DNA of 64,000 nt from contig OY843751.1 of assembly GCA_963693055.1 (NCBI GenBank), positions 4,096,001 through 4,160,000 on the forward strand, written 5' to 3'. Of the stretch, positions 22,501-33,046 are shown in pieces (positions within the stretch are counted from its first letter, which is position 1; every line of letters starts with the position of its first letter). The position numbers and the translations under genes were made by a program. This DNA comes from a bacterium. GTDB lineage: Bacteria; Zhuqueibacterota; Zhuqueibacteria; Residuimicrobiales; Krinioviventaceae. The notes beneath the pieces are model-generated. The model was given only the letters and a program-made list of their open reading frames with translations. It was not told the origin of the DNA and searched no databases.

Positions 22501-23225
22501 AACAAATCCTTATATTTTAAATCGATAACATCAAGATTCAACTCTACCGTATAAAGTGCGTTTGAAAATGTAATTTTTTGATCAGATTCAAATGAATCCA
22601 AATGAAAAGCTTGTCCATTTTGAAAATGAACTGAACGGTTAGGATTAACTTTAAAATCAAATATATTATCAGTCGTTGCATATAAATAGAATTCATTTCT
22701 ATACCAGCGCAATACTCCAAACCGTGTAGGAATCAATAGACTGCTGTCAGGTGATTGTACAATGTTATAATCCTGCCAAAAAAAGTCAGAAAATAAAAAG
22801 AGTGGAGTTAATACATTATTATCCACCATATATAATCCGGTTGTAGATCCCGCAATTAAGCTACCCTCCGATGTTTTTAGTAATGTTACAATTTTATCTG
22901 CCGGTTCTCCCATGCAAGAATCATATTTTACCCAATTCAACCCATTATAACTCACAAGCCCCTGGTTCACACCAAACCACAGGGTACTGTCAGGAGTTTG
23001 TTCCATACAATTTACACCCAAACCATCCAGACCATTAAATTTTTGCCAAAATGAAATATTATTTACAGGATCATCTTCAAGAGGTTGAAAAAACAAAACA
23101 GGCAAGGCTATGCCATAATAGAAAAACAAAACCAGCACTACCCCGAATAAAACTACGCCCCGACGCCACTTGAAATCCATCTGGTTCAATGCCTTATAAT
23201 TCAGATCTTTCATAAAAGATATCAT
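19554..23225 (-). CDS. Sensor histidine kinase: periplasmic regulator beta-propeller + Y_Y_Y, TM, PAS-like, HisKA_2/HATPase
   Basis: Repeated 'D..G.LW' blades; '[10 protein letters not shown]...[15 protein letters not shown]'; '[20 protein letters not shown]'; '[11 protein letters not shown]', 'DEGIG', 'SLGLRLV'. Confidence 0.92.
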   Translation of the reverse strand: MISFMKDLNYKALNQMDFKWRRGVVLFGVVLVLFFYYGIALPVLFFQPLEDDPVNNISFWQKFNGLDGLGVNCMEQTPDSTLWFGVNQGLVSYNGLNWVKYDSCMGEPADKIVTLLKTSEGSLIAGSTTGLYMVDNNVLTPLFLFSDFFWQDYNIVQSPDSSLLIPTRFGVLRWYRNEFYLYATTDNIFDFKVNPNRSVHFQNGQAFHLDSFESDQKITFSNALYTVELNLDVIDLKYKDLFQPRNLVFDVFNHRIWYAVQNGDVGWFRISKDKDDSRLFDTFYTENDGLVYGETPYLFQTQDGAIWVLSEDKNSGVHVFENEKWRYIDFTSLGGFNRNSDLIEADDEIWITGSQSFHVLKNDDIKIYTYSSLKNKVPSNRTFGLVDLNGDVWLCGENQFVSRFVNASKEEAFWNTGVLQLKDDMGANWYIDNNSDVIQVKQEKQTRFGVKEGLMSHPQHLFGLKNGQVWAMGSHNGVAATAFYENNKWVRTKHPNLSWSIGYNAILEDQDGHLWISGAVDFAFDENFKGGLLEFIPNEQTGGEWYHHLEPNAPDVSYGLEQSPDGRIWSCGYYGIKVFDGQIWQDVLVPGLEKAKFDNIVLDPAGRLWFCSRGYGIVVYNGNDWKILDTSGGLIDNNIREVVFLSNNRVVISTKIGINYGILNEIDIEMTQWFDLEFPFDLDIKDYIYFYKESDSKLWLNFFNEFWFLQPNPEYPKIDYDFDKVFSVGVFFEKNIPETTIFSSFDKVASPGNVVIRWDGNDRWQPHNDNELLYSYQLDDGNWSEYTPETNNVFLNLSPGMHTIQIRAMNKDLNVDPTPAKIHFHVLPPIWKQNWFVGMMMTLLLVITFLIFRNLKNNVMLETQNKELMQAKKLVDNKNMELANINKLLENQLIAIREAQVNIASMARFPNENPSPVIRIDETGVILFANESSFQLLSQWDVKIGNTVPDYIFEIILKAERENKVQEYIEQCHEEYYYKLTITPISGESYFNIYGMEVTDQILFENELKKSLSEKEVLLKEIHHRVKNNLQIISSLLYLQGRNHPEDNVQNVIEESRNRVKTIALVHERLYQTNDLSKIDFKSYMQGIVDHISYLFKEQANNVKVNIDIPDDVGLDIDRSIPCGLIVNELMTNAFKYAYPDGKGDIYLQLKVGPCNNDYENCSKHNLSIWDEGIGLDSDIDFNSVKSLGLRLVNSLVGQLGGKIEVSNSKGTRFDITYQYSHK

Positions 23226-23397
23226 GAATTCAATTCAATGATGAATTTAATAAAAACATACTTAAACGCAAAGTATAAAATTAAATCCACCTATTAGTCC
23301 AAATATAATGTCACAATATTTATGCCGAACTCATTGTAACAACTATTTGGTAAAATATAAAAACAGAAAAGCCCCCTGGCAGGTAGCGAAAACCAGA

Positions 23398-26300
23398 TTA
23401 AATTATTTTTTTGGGATACTTGTATGAAATATCGAACCTTGTTCCGTTATCAACATTAATAATAATTTCACCATCCAGTTGATCAACAAGATTCTGTACC
23501 AGACGCAAACCTAATGTATTCATATTCTGATAATCGATGTCACTGCTGATCCCAACACCTTCATCCCAAACAGATAGTACATGCTTTGTAAAATCATCTG
23601 ATCCGTTACTTTTTCCATTTACATCCAATTTTAAATATACGACACCTTTTTTTTGAGGATACGCATATTTAAACGCATTGGTAACCAATTCATTCACAAT
23701 TAAACCACAGGGTATTGAACGGTCAAGATCAAGTTTAACATTTTCCGGAATATCTACAACTACATTTATACCTTTGACTTTATCTTTAAACAGATAACCA
23801 ATATGATCAACAATACCTCTCATATAGATCTTGAAATCAATTTTAGACAAATCATTAGACTGATACAACCTCTCATGTACCAGAGCAATGGTTTTGACAC
23901 GGTTACGGCTTTCTTCAATAATGTTTTGTACATATTCATTAGAATGATTTCTTGCCTGGAGATACAATAAACTGGAAATAATCTGTAAATTATTCTTTAC
24001 CCGGTGATGGATCTCTTTGAGCAGCACTTCTTTTTCACCAAGCGATTTTTTGAGTTGGTCTTCAAAAACAATCTGTGCCGTTATTTCCATTCCATAAATA
24101 TTATAATACTTTTCACCATAGATTGGAGTTATGGATAATTTATAAAAAATCTCATTACCGCATCTCTCGATATATTCCTGCACTTTGCCTTCGGTATTGG
24201 CTTTACGCATTAAATCCAGAATATGATCAGGGACCCGATTCCCCAACTGCACATTCCATTCAGATAACAATTGTACAGATGACTCGTTTGCAAACAAGAT
24301 GGTTCCCTGTTCATCAATACGTAATACAGGGCTGGGATTTTCGTTCGGGAATTTAGCCATACTGGCAATATTACTTTGTGCTTCCTGAATCGTCTTTAAC
24401 TGTTTTTTCTGGATTTCATTCTGTTTGCCCAGTTCAATATTTTTTCTAAAAATACTTGAAATCAATAAAAGAATAATGGATAAAAAAGTAATTAACAAGG
24501 TTAGAAACCAACCTTGCTTCCAAATGGAAGGCAATACTTTGAATTCAATGACTGCCGGAGTGGCATCAATATTTAAATCCTGATTCATAGAACGGACAAA
24601 AATTTTGTGCTTACCCGGTTCCAGCATATAAAAAGTTTGAGAACGTTGTTTGGAAAACAAAGACCAGGGTCCATCATCAATTCGATAGGAATAATAAATA
24701 TTATCGTTTGATTCCGGTTTTCCGGGTTCTATACCTCTCCAGTTTACTATAAAGCTCGTTTTATAAGATATTTCATTAAATTTTGTAATTATAAACGTTT
24801 CAGGAAACAACTTTATAAAAGTTAAACGTTGCGAATTAGGTTTTTGGATGACATGACTAATATTTTTATAATGCGGATGATTTTTCAAAATCCATTGTTC
24901 AGAGTATCTATTGATCCAAAAACTATTTTCACCCTCTTTAACCAGATAATTAAAATCTTTGGATGTGAGTTCTTCAGGTATTAACAAAGGGTACCACTGG
25001 ATTGATTCATAATCACTTGCATCACACCTTGCAAGATTAATACCCGTAATTGTTGACACAAGTACCTTGTGAATATCCATGAACAAAATATCACGAATTG
25101 TGTTATCTGAAAGGCCGTTAAGAATGTCTATATTATGCCAGGCTTTACCATCGTAAATGAAAATACCATATCCGCGGGTTCCCACCCACAAATTCCCATG
25201 AGGATCAACCTCTACAGCATCTACTCTTACTAATGTATCCGGGGGCAAATTGAATTTCTTCCAAACTCCATTTTCATAAACACGTAAGCCGAACAAACCA
25301 CCAATCCAAATTCGTCCATCCGGAGTTTGAGTTATGCTGTATGCAACTTTTTCGGTTGCGTTTATATCAAGATGTTTAACCCATTTACCTTTGTATTTAT
25401 CCTGAGGTATATACTCCAGTATACCCCCTTTGTAATTACTGCTTGTACGAAAATCAACAGAACCAGAGAACCATACGTGGTCATCTCTGTCAACAAATAA
25501 ACTGTTCATTTCGATTGACCAGGAAGTATCTCCATGATCCATTCGTTCCCACTTGCCGTTCCTAAAAACTGCGGTTGAGGCACGGCCATTATGAGAACCG
25601 GCAACCCAAACATTCCCATTCTTTTGCTGTACCATTTTAACAGGATCACTCATGATATTATCTTTGACACCATATCGTTTCCAGGAATTGTTCTTGAATG
25701 CTAATAGATAGCCATCATCATGAATGTACCAGTCTGTGCTATCCGCATCAGTGAATTGGAATATGGAATTATCATAATATACTTTACTCTCATACTGCAT
25801 GTCAAAGCGCACAACAAACTGGTCTTCACCGGCAAACCATATATTTTTATTATAGTCTTGAAAAATCGAAGTTTTGTTGCCCGGCACCCTTCCATCAAAC
25901 CTGGAGAAAGGATAAATTCCCCATTTATTGTTCTTGAGTATATGCAAGTAATGAGTGCCCGAAATCCAAATTTCATCATCAATTTCTAATAACTGACAAT
26001 TATTATCGTACCCCCCCAGATCACCCAGTTTGAAATGTTCCCATCGATTGTTCCGGTATATATTTACACCACTCGAGTTGTCATCACTTATTCCCCAGAT
26101 ACTACCATCCCGGGTTTGTCTTAAACGGGTCAATCTACCGGGTACAAGACCATCTTTACTTGTAAACAGTTTGTAATCAAAATCCTTTCCCTCCAGACAA
26201 TTTTTAAAATCAATATAACCAATATCTCCATTGGTCATTGTAAACCAGACCCAATCCCGTTGTTTATCATATACCATTTCACGAGGTTTGAGTTTAATAT

Positions 26301-27006
26301 TGTAGGTTTCTTCAACCTCATCTATTTTAAAAACAGTAACCCGTGTAGAAGAAAACGGATCACTCAAATAAACCGTGTCGTTTGTTTTAAGGGTATCTTG
26401 GGGGCCGAATAATTTACCATTGTCAAAATAGATTTCATTATTTTTTCTTCTTAAATATTCTCTTATTCTGTTTTCTGTGGTAAAAAAACGGATTTCATCA
26501 TGGATGATTTGTAGAAAACCAAATTGCATGGGTATCCATAGAGAATGGTCAGGTGCTTCCAAAACATCATAATAATACCAGAAAATATCAGGAAAAGCTA
26601 AATATGGTTGCCAGGTATTATTATTAAACAGGGTGAGTCCTGAATTGTTGGCTGCAAAAAATTCCCCATTACTACATGATAGAAAAGTAACAATTTCTAA
26701 ATTTCTTAATCCCAATGCGTTATTGTGCAATACCCAGTTAATTCCATCATAACTGACAGCCCCCTTGTCTGTACCAAACCACATGGTACTGTCACAAGAT
26801 TGCCCCATACAATTTAGCCCATAACCGCTTAGTTCTTTAAAAGAATTCCACCGGGTGATATTACTAAACGGATCTACTGTAAATGGCTGGTCATATTCAA
26901 TGGAAAAAGACTGGCATGAATAAAGTAATAAAAATACTACTATTCCCTTGAAAAGAATTGCATCCAAATCATACTTGAAATTCTTCACCGACAACCCCTT
27001 ATTCAA
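23398..27006 (-). CDS. Sensor histidine kinase, tandem paralog of 19554..23225
   Basis: Same architecture; kinase region nearly identical ('[13 protein letters not shown]', '[20 protein letters not shown]'); start codon uncertain. Confidence 0.92.
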   Translation of the reverse strand: MNKGLSVKNFKYDLDAILFKGIVVFLLLYSCQSFSIEYDQPFTVDPFSNITRWNSFKELSGYGLNCMGQSCDSTMWFGTDKGAVSYDGINWVLHNNALGLRNLEIVTFLSCSNGEFFAANNSGLTLFNNNTWQPYLAFPDIFWYYYDVLEAPDHSLWIPMQFGFLQIIHDEIRFFTTENRIREYLRRKNNEIYFDNGKLFGPQDTLKTNDTVYLSDPFSSTRVTVFKIDEVEETYNIKLKPREMVYDKQRDWVWFTMTNGDIGYIDFKNCLEGKDFDYKLFTSKDGLVPGRLTRLRQTRDGSIWGISDDNSSGVNIYRNNRWEHFKLGDLGGYDNNCQLLEIDDEIWISGTHYLHILKNNKWGIYPFSRFDGRVPGNKTSIFQDYNKNIWFAGEDQFVVRFDMQYESKVYYDNSIFQFTDADSTDWYIHDDGYLLAFKNNSWKRYGVKDNIMSDPVKMVQQKNGNVWVAGSHNGRASTAVFRNGKWERMDHGDTSWSIEMNSLFVDRDDHVWFSGSVDFRTSSNYKGGILEYIPQDKYKGKWVKHLDINATEKVAYSITQTPDGRIWIGGLFGLRVYENGVWKKFNLPPDTLVRVDAVEVDPHGNLWVGTRGYGIFIYDGKAWHNIDILNGLSDNTIRDILFMDIHKVLVSTITGINLARCDASDYESIQWYPLLIPEELTSKDFNYLVKEGENSFWINRYSEQWILKNHPHYKNISHVIQKPNSQRLTFIKLFPETFIITKFNEISYKTSFIVNWRGIEPGKPESNDNIYYSYRIDDGPWSLFSKQRSQTFYMLEPGKHKIFVRSMNQDLNIDATPAVIEFKVLPSIWKQGWFLTLLITFLSIILLLISSIFRKNIELGKQNEIQKKQLKTIQEAQSNIASMAKFPNENPSPVLRIDEQGTILFANESSVQLLSEWNVQLGNRVPDHILDLMRKANTEGKVQEYIERCGNEIFYKLSITPIYGEKYYNIYGMEITAQIVFEDQLKKSLGEKEVLLKEIHHRVKNNLQIISSLLYLQARNHSNEYVQNIIEESRNRVKTIALVHERLYQSNDLSKIDFKIYMRGIVDHIGYLFKDKVKGINVVVDIPENVKLDLDRSIPCGLIVNELVTNAFKYAYPQKKGVVYLKLDVNGKSNGSDDFTKHVLSVWDEGVGISSDIDYQNMNTLGLRLVQNLVDQLDGEIIINVDNGTRFDISYKYPKKII

Positions 27007-27178
27007 AATAGCACTATGGAATTAAAGTATAATTGTTTATATAATTTTAGAACATACTACAAATATAATTAAAAATCAATTATCATCACTGCAAAATTAT
27101 TTTTTTATGCATTTTTTCCAGTATTTGTTTTCATTTCCTTTTTTTGTATATTTTAAAATGAATAATCAAGGTTGGATA

Positions 27179-28729
27179 ATGATCAAAAATAAAGAAATTT
27201 CCGGGTTTTATATTGTTTTTTTTACAATCATGTTACTGCATGTACTCTTGATGGCCTTTACCCGTCTGCTGCCTGCTGTTGACGCGCCTATGCATTTGGC
27301 ATCTGCAACTATCTTTAGGGAGTTTGGTAATTCTGCCTATGGCTTTCAAAACTGGTTTGTTTTAAAAAACATGGTCATGCAGCCCAACTCTATCCATCAT
27401 TTCTTTTGCGGATGGCCGATTTTCCCTTCAGTAGAAATTGCCAATACGGTCTATTTCATGCTGTATATGATCATCTTTCCCTTGTCTCTGTTGCTCGCAA
27501 TACGCAAATTTGGTGGTCACCCGGCATACGCGTTATTGGGCTTTCTGGTACTGTACAATAACAACTTTATCTGGGGATTTATGGGATTTTTCATGTCCGT
27601 GCCCTTTGTGCTTTTATTTCTTGTAACACTATCAGATTACTTTTTCAAGTCCCGCAAGCGGGATGCCCTGCTCATTACGCTTATGTTTATTGTTCTCTTT
27701 ATTATGCATGGTATTACCACCTTGCTGACTATAGGATTTTTTGGTCTTGCTCTTTTATGGCGTTACTGGAAAACCCCCAAAACCCTGATAACCAAAAGCC
27801 TGGTTCTGGTACCTGTGTTGCTGCTGCTTGTACGATTTTTCACCACACAGGGCGAAGAAGGCGGCAATGCCGGCGGTAAAAGTTTTCTCAAAGAACTGTT
27901 CTACTATTACAGAGATGATTACCTGGCAACATTGTTTGACCGCATGGGTATGCTTTACCGTAACAACTGGTTATTTAATGAAGGCAAATGGGCCATGCTG
28001 CTGGCAGCCTCGTTTTCCATATTGCTCCTTTTCATCATCATTTTGAACTTTAAATTCAGCAAACAAATTCTTAAAGCAGCCAGTCCGTCCAAGGCAACGT
28101 ACATCCCCATATTGTTTGCGGCTGCGGTTACCCTGTTATGGATTATCATTCCCGCACCCAAACGTTTTATCAGCTTTTCTTATGAACGGATTGATGTATT
28201 TGTATTCCTTGCACTCATTTTGTTTGCCAGCTTGTTTTTCAAAAAACCATTCAGCAAACCTGTACTGTACGGAATTGCAGTGGTTTGTTTGATCCACTTT
28301 GTTATGTGGATGGATTTTTATCGCGATTTTAATAAAGAGAACCAAAACCTGAACGCCGGCTTTTTCCCCAAAGCAGAGTCTCACCATGTGCTTACAGGAT
28401 TAATTTACGATGCCGAGTTCAGGGGGCACCCCTTGTATATCCATTTTCCCAATTATTATATTGTGTGGAACAAGGGCATTGCAACCCCCCGCTTTACGGA
28501 TTTGGGCCTCACCTGGCGCGTTGGCAGAAAAGACGATCTGCCCGAGTATAGTGAATGGCTCTACCGACGTATTCCCCGCGAGATGGAGTATTACCCCGAA
28601 TATGAAAATGTTTCATATCTACTGGTGCGCGGAAAAATGACCGACCGTGCTGCTGCCTTTTTCGACGATTTTCAACTCGTCAAAAGCGCCAGCAAATGGG
28701 AGCTGTGGGAACGGGCAGGAGAAAAGTGA
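27179..28729 (+). CDS. Polytopic membrane protein, possibly a GT-C-fold glycosyltransferase
   Basis: About 10 TM helices; 'P.VDAPMHLA' acidic motif after TM1; soluble C-terminal domain; start uncertain (27107/27158/27179). Confidence 0.6.
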   Translation: MIKNKEISGFYIVFFTIMLLHVLLMAFTRLLPAVDAPMHLASATIFREFGNSAYGFQNWFVLKNMVMQPNSIHHFFCGWPIFPSVEIANTVYFMLYMIIFPLSLLLAIRKFGGHPAYALLGFLVLYNNNFIWGFMGFFMSVPFVLLFLVTLSDYFFKSRKRDALLITLMFIVLFIMHGITTLLTIGFFGLALLWRYWKTPKTLITKSLVLVPVLLLLVRFFTTQGEEGGNAGGKSFLKELFYYYRDDYLATLFDRMGMLYRNNWLFNEGKWAMLLAASFSILLLFIIILNFKFSKQILKAASPSKATYIPILFAAAVTLLWIIIPAPKRFISFSYERIDVFVFLALILFASLFFKKPFSKPVLYGIAVVCLIHFVMWMDFYRDFNKENQNLNAGFFPKAESHHVLTGLIYDAEFRGHPLYIHFPNYYIVWNKGIATPRFTDLGLTWRVGRKDDLPEYSEWLYRRIPREMEYYPEYENVSYLLVRGKMTDRAAAFFDDFQLVKSASKWELWERAGEK

Positions 28730-28883
28730 TCTCTCCAATATATAATAAATTCAATATTGATGTAAATGGATAAAAGATAAAAGTCTTATTCCTTAAATTT
28801 GTGATTATTCGTTTCATTCGTGTACAACTTGAGTTTATCCACACATCTCAACAAATGTACCCCAAAAGAAAAAATCCCTAAAT

Positions 28884-29555
28884 ATGAACAACAACTTGAT
28901 TAACAGTAAATGGATATACTTTTTATTACTGGTCCCAGCAGTTTCCGCCATTCTGGCATTAAACCATTTTGGTTTTGTTTTCAAATCGGGCACAGCGGGT
29001 TCCGGTATCATCATTCTATTGCTATTATCAATAAAACAAACGCATTCCCAAGACATATTTATGCTGATGGCTGCGTTTGCGTTTTCCATTGTTGGCGACT
29101 GGTTTTTGTCCAACATGCATGGAAGCGCCAACATGTTTGTTACAGGAATCGCGTTCTATTTCTTTGCGCATCTGGGATATTTGTTTTACGCGTTGATGAA
29201 AGGAAACATGAACAGGAAATTCACTATCCTTTTACTTGTGGCATATTTGATCTTTTTTTATATCGAGCTTTATCCCGCGTTCAACAATTCCATACTCATG
29301 TGGGCAGTGCTGATTTATCTGATCGTTTCGTGTATATCTCTGGGGGCGGCGGTAGGATTGCGGGGTACGTTTGTTGCAAAATGGACCTATGTATTCGGTA
29401 TCTTTTTAATCTTATTTTCCGATACCATTATAGCCTATAAAGAATTTGTAGATTTTAACCAGCTCAATTTCCTCATTTTACCCACCTACTATCTGGCACA
29501 TATGAGTATTATCTTTTCAGTGATAAAAAGACATTTGGATAAAACAAACTTGTAG
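28884..29555 (+). CDS. YhhN / lysoplasmalogenase-family membrane protein
   Basis: 'FSIVGDWFL', 'F..G...FFAHLGY', 'LFSDTIIA', 'TYYLAH'. Confidence 0.85.
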   Translation: MNNNLINSKWIYFLLLVPAVSAILALNHFGFVFKSGTAGSGIIILLLLSIKQTHSQDIFMLMAAFAFSIVGDWFLSNMHGSANMFVTGIAFYFFAHLGYLFYALMKGNMNRKFTILLLVAYLIFFYIELYPAFNNSILMWAVLIYLIVSCISLGAAVGLRGTFVAKWTYVFGIFLILFSDTIIAYKEFVDFNQLNFLILPTYYLAHMSIIFSVIKRHLDKTNL

Positions 29556-29601
29556 TTAAATCAAAACACTGTCTTGTTCAATAGCGAAAGTAAATCTTGC
29601 T

Positions 29602-30099
29602 CTACTTTTTTCCCCTGGCAAAGGCAATTCGTTCATTCAATAATTTGACAAATTCCTGCTCATTAGCAGGTGAAATTCCATACTTTTTGTTGTTTGTCTC
29701 TATCAGGATAACATTTTTGAGCATGCTGGTAGAGTACATTTTTACATTACCTTTATCCGTGTAATACACAGTAAACAAGGTATATCCCGGCAGCTTGAAT
29801 CCTGTTGATGTAATGGAATACGCCAAATCCGTTTCAAAAAATTTTTTCATTTCAGCGAAATCAATTTCATCCTTGAATGGACCGCATTGTAATATCAGAG
29901 AATTGCTGGTTAATGTGTAACGCATTGTGGGGTAAATGATTAAGAAAAAGAATGATATAAAAAATACAGCACCCATTAAAAACACAGTAACTATATTTAA
30001 TACAACAATTCCGGCAGAATTCCATTCTACAACAGAAAGATAAAAAACAATGTGTGCTATGAAAAACAGAGGAACCAGGATTATTAAAACCCACCCCAT
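29602..30099 (-). CDS. Bacterial PH-domain membrane protein (bPH_5-like)
   Basis: Two TM helices followed by 'MRYTLT...LILQCG', 'G.KLPGY..F', 'VILIET..KKYGISP...EF'. Confidence 0.7.
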   Translation of the reverse strand: MGWVLIILVPLFFIAHIVFYLSVVEWNSAGIVVLNIVTVFLMGAVFFISFFFLIIYPTMRYTLTSNSLILQCGPFKDEIDFAEMKKFFETDLAYSITSTGFKLPGYTLFTVYYTDKGNVKMYSTSMLKNVILIETNNKKYGISPANEQEFVKLLNERIAFARGKK

Positions 30100-30153
30100 G
30101 AGGGATGTTCTTGGTTTAAAAACATTTTTTTCATTTTCAACTCATCAACATTG

Positions 30154-30726
30154 CTAATTCAATCGATTAGAGATATCAAACTTTTTACTGATCTCTTGTA
30201 ATTCCTGTTCTGTAATGGCATTCTCATTTAAGAGCCAGTTTAATCGCTTCAACTCACCAGCACTATCTTTATGAGGATCGATATAAAAATACTGATCACG
30301 AAGGTATTGTCTTCGATATTTATAGATTTTCTCTATAAATGCATTTACTGTATTTTCATTTGGTTTATTCTTGAACAAAAACAACCCTGTACCGCCATTC
30401 AGCATAATAATCTTGTATCGCTTTTTGGAGATTTGATAAAATGCGCCAATAATAACAGTCATTATGATCCAAAATCCCAAGGGTCTTATATTCGCCCCGG
30501 TAATTATTTCATACGCAACGCCTATTACAGAAAATACAGCAAATGAAAGTGTGATATAAAACAGACGCGCACTTTTATCATACTGGTTACGAATATTTTG
30601 GGTAATATCCTCGTAACTGACAAAATACTCGGAATCACCACTGGCATCCTTTGCGTGACATTGAATACCGTTATTTTTCAGTACAAAAGATCTTTTTTCG
30701 AATAATGTTTTTTGTTTAAATTCCAT
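30154..30726 (-). CDS. Hypothetical membrane protein (2 TM)
   Basis: 190-aa ORF with GAGGA RBS; C-terminal 'LNWLLNENAITEQEL' SHOCT-like helix. Confidence 0.65.
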   Translation of the reverse strand: MEFKQKTLFEKRSFVLKNNGIQCHAKDASGDSEYFVSYEDITQNIRNQYDKSARLFYITLSFAVFSVIGVAYEIITGANIRPLGFWIIMTVIIGAFYQISKKRYKIIMLNGGTGLFLFKNKPNENTVNAFIEKIYKYRRQYLRDQYFYIDPHKDSAGELKRLNWLLNENAITEQELQEISKKFDISNRLN

Positions 30727-31040
30727 ATCATCATCCTCAAATTAAGAATTCATATGCGTTTATAAATCCAGGCAACTGATTTTGGTAATACACAGTAAAC
30801 GATAATATTTATTAATGATACAAAATGATTTAAAAAAAACTTGAATTCTAACCCCGGCTGAAATCAGCGTAAACTAATAAATGAAATAAAAAATAAAGAT
30901 GCAACAGGAATATGCAAAATAGTGCCAGCTATTTCGATTTAAACACCAAAGCCCTTTGATATGCCTCAAGAAGTTGCATTCCATTTCAGGCAATACCAAA
31001 GGGCCCGTCCCATGTGGTTTATTATCACATATATGCCGAA

Positions 31041-31088
31041 CCCTTCGACACATCCCGATCCGCCAACTGGTTGACGGGATACTCAGGG
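31041..31088. repeat. Small nested palindromic repeat (CCCTTCGAC...CTCAGGG type)
   Basis: cccttcgac-ac-atcccg-atccgccaactggttga-cgggat-actcaggg; nested stems in an intergenic position. Confidence 0.5.
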
Positions 31089-31106
31089 CCCGGTCTTTTA
31101 CAACTT

Positions 31107-31616
31107 TCAAGCCGGAGTAAAATAACTCCGTATATCATCATTAAATTTTTCAAGTCCCCAAAACATATATCCCTTTTCCACGATCTTGTCTACTAACGGA
31201 GCAGGATAAAACGGAGTTGTCAGTTCTAAAATTTGTCCCGGTTCCAGATCTTTAACCTCGGTAGTCACCAGTCCCAATGGATGCTCTCCCCTTTCCAGCA
31301 TGGGACGCGCGTCAATACGCTTTACAATAGTCCCGGTCTTGAACCATACCGGGGGTTCATCCTGATTTTTGTTTATATTTTTAACATCAACGGGTTCTTG
31401 CCCTGCTTTGATTCGCAAAGCATTCAACAAAGTATACAACTCGATCTTGCCAACCAAAGCTGCCTGGTTCACAGAGGTAACTTTGGCAACCGTCCGTTTC
31501 AACATGGGATTTTTTAGTTTTCTAAAAGCCGGGGCCAGTTCTATCAATGTATCTTCAAGTTGGGGAAATTCATCCAACATTTCCCCGATTTTGGTATTGG
31601 GTCTTATATCTAACAT
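31107..31616 (-). CDS. DUF1858 domain protein with C-terminal DUF2249-like domain
   Basis: 'IRPNTKIGEMLDEFPQLEDTLIELAPAFRKLKNPMLKRTVAK', 'IDARPMLERGEHPL', 'FYPAPL'; ATG at 31616 after AGGAG. Confidence 0.8.
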   Translation of the reverse strand: MLDIRPNTKIGEMLDEFPQLEDTLIELAPAFRKLKNPMLKRTVAKVTSVNQAALVGKIELYTLLNALRIKAGQEPVDVKNINKNQDEPPVWFKTGTIVKRIDARPMLERGEHPLGLVTTEVKDLEPGQILELTTPFYPAPLVDKIVEKGYMFWGLEKFNDDIRSYFTPA

Positions 31617-31620
31617 AGTA

Positions 31621-32853
31621 CTACTCCTTGTCAGTTTCATAAGATAATAAACGCTGTTCACCTTCAAGCGCACGGTATCCGCTCAGGTCTTGCGAGACCT
31701 CCAATGTTCCCAGATACTCGCCCTGCTCATTGCGCACAGCAAAATATTCGATATGGATAAATTTACCGTCCATATTGATCCAAAATGGCGCACGACTTTG
31801 TCTACCGCTTTTAAAATCATCCAGAATCTGCTCTACAATATGTACACTACCCGGGGGATGACACATTTGTACTTTACGATTGAGAATGGTCCGGTTACGA
31901 TCAAATATACGGTGGCTGCCCTGTGAAAAGTATTTCACATTATCATCCTTGTCTACAAAGGTCATATCCACTGGCAGCGTATTGAGCATGTTTACCAGTT
32001 CTTCATTGGTAAAACTACCGCTTGGAAACTGAATGCGATCAGACACAACCTGCTGCTCGGCAGGTTGTATTTCAATATTTTCCGGCTGCCATTTTTCCTG
32101 GGGATCATATAAACAAAATCCTATTTCAATACTGGCATTGTAAATTTCAAACCAATCCGCATCAGTCAAACGTTCGGCACACATGGGCAAAAGGATTTTC
32201 TCTTCTTTATAAACCATCTCTTCCAAAGCCGTGGTAGCAGGTATAATGAGAAACTCGACAATGGATTCCAGATCATCTTTGAGTATCTCTCCTTCAACAG
32301 CTAATCCTTCATGCACTGCTTTAAGCTGCTCGCGTATCTCGTCATGTTTGCCCCACATTACTGTGGGAGGACCTGTAATACCTAGTTTTTCCAGAAACGG
32401 GAACAATAGATTTTCTTTACGCCGGTAATGCTTGTCCACATCTGACAGATTGTTAAAATGCTGTTTATATTGGATGATCAGATCAGCCGGCTCTCCATCT
32501 TTAATCTTTTTATTGAGCGCTTCAAGCCCCGCGATTTCCAGCTGAATGGCCCGGTTCTCCTGCACAAAAGTATGGATCGGGTGACCGGCTGGAACATCCA
32601 GCGAATTGTCTTCTGAAACAACTCCTTTTAATGCCTGGGAATGTACATCACACAGCTTGATCACTTCTTCCTGTGGTAATCCTTCGGCAATCAGTTCCTG
32701 TTCAACTTCTACCACTTCACCATAGGGCACTTGTCCCAGCATATCGAGCAACTGGCTCCTTACCACATCAGCTTCTTTGCCCTCGTGCAATTGCAAAATC
32801 ATATGCTTTAACAATTGCTTGCGTTTATCTATATTATTTATCAATTCACTCAT
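31621..32853 (-). CDS. DUF438 + hemerythrin-like + PAS_10 domain protein
   Basis: 'VEQELI.EG...LCDVH', 'GHPIHTF..EN', 'HYRRKENLLFP', 'VMWGKHDEIR', 'KEEKILLP', 'LPVDMTFVDKDD.VKYFS', 'CHPP.S'. Confidence 0.9.
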   Translation of the reverse strand: MSELINNIDKRKQLLKHMILQLHEGKEADVVRSQLLDMLGQVPYGEVVEVEQELIAEGLPQEEVIKLCDVHSQALKGVVSEDNSLDVPAGHPIHTFVQENRAIQLEIAGLEALNKKIKDGEPADLIIQYKQHFNNLSDVDKHYRRKENLLFPFLEKLGITGPPTVMWGKHDEIREQLKAVHEGLAVEGEILKDDLESIVEFLIIPATTALEEMVYKEEKILLPMCAERLTDADWFEIYNASIEIGFCLYDPQEKWQPENIEIQPAEQQVVSDRIQFPSGSFTNEELVNMLNTLPVDMTFVDKDDNVKYFSQGSHRIFDRNRTILNRKVQMCHPPGSVHIVEQILDDFKSGRQSRAPFWINMDGKFIHIEYFAVRNEQGEYLGTLEVSQDLSGYRALEGEQRLLSYETDKE

Positions 32854-32922
32854 AATGTATACCTTTCAGATATATTTATTGTTTTTACATGATAAATATA
32901 ATACAGAATCCGGCTAAAATCA

Positions 32923-32936
32923 TTGATTCACATCAA
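32923..32936. promoter_or_regulatory. FNR/Crp-family binding site
   Basis: Perfect TTGAT-N4-ATCAA about 70 bp upstream of the DUF438 start, with TATATT at a class II -10 distance. Confidence 0.75.
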
Positions 32937-32992
32937 GTGAAATGAGAATAATGGATTAAAATAAAAATAGAGAAAAAAGGGGGTTATTTGAT

Positions 32993-33025
32993 AAAAAAAA
33001 GGCCTCCTCAGAATTGGGAAGGCCT
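32993..33025 (-). terminator. Intrinsic terminator of the metallophosphoesterase gene
   Basis: Minus strand: aggccttc...ggaggcct followed by a T-run. Confidence 0.7.
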
Positions 33026-33046
33026 CTAAGAAATATGTTACAACTA

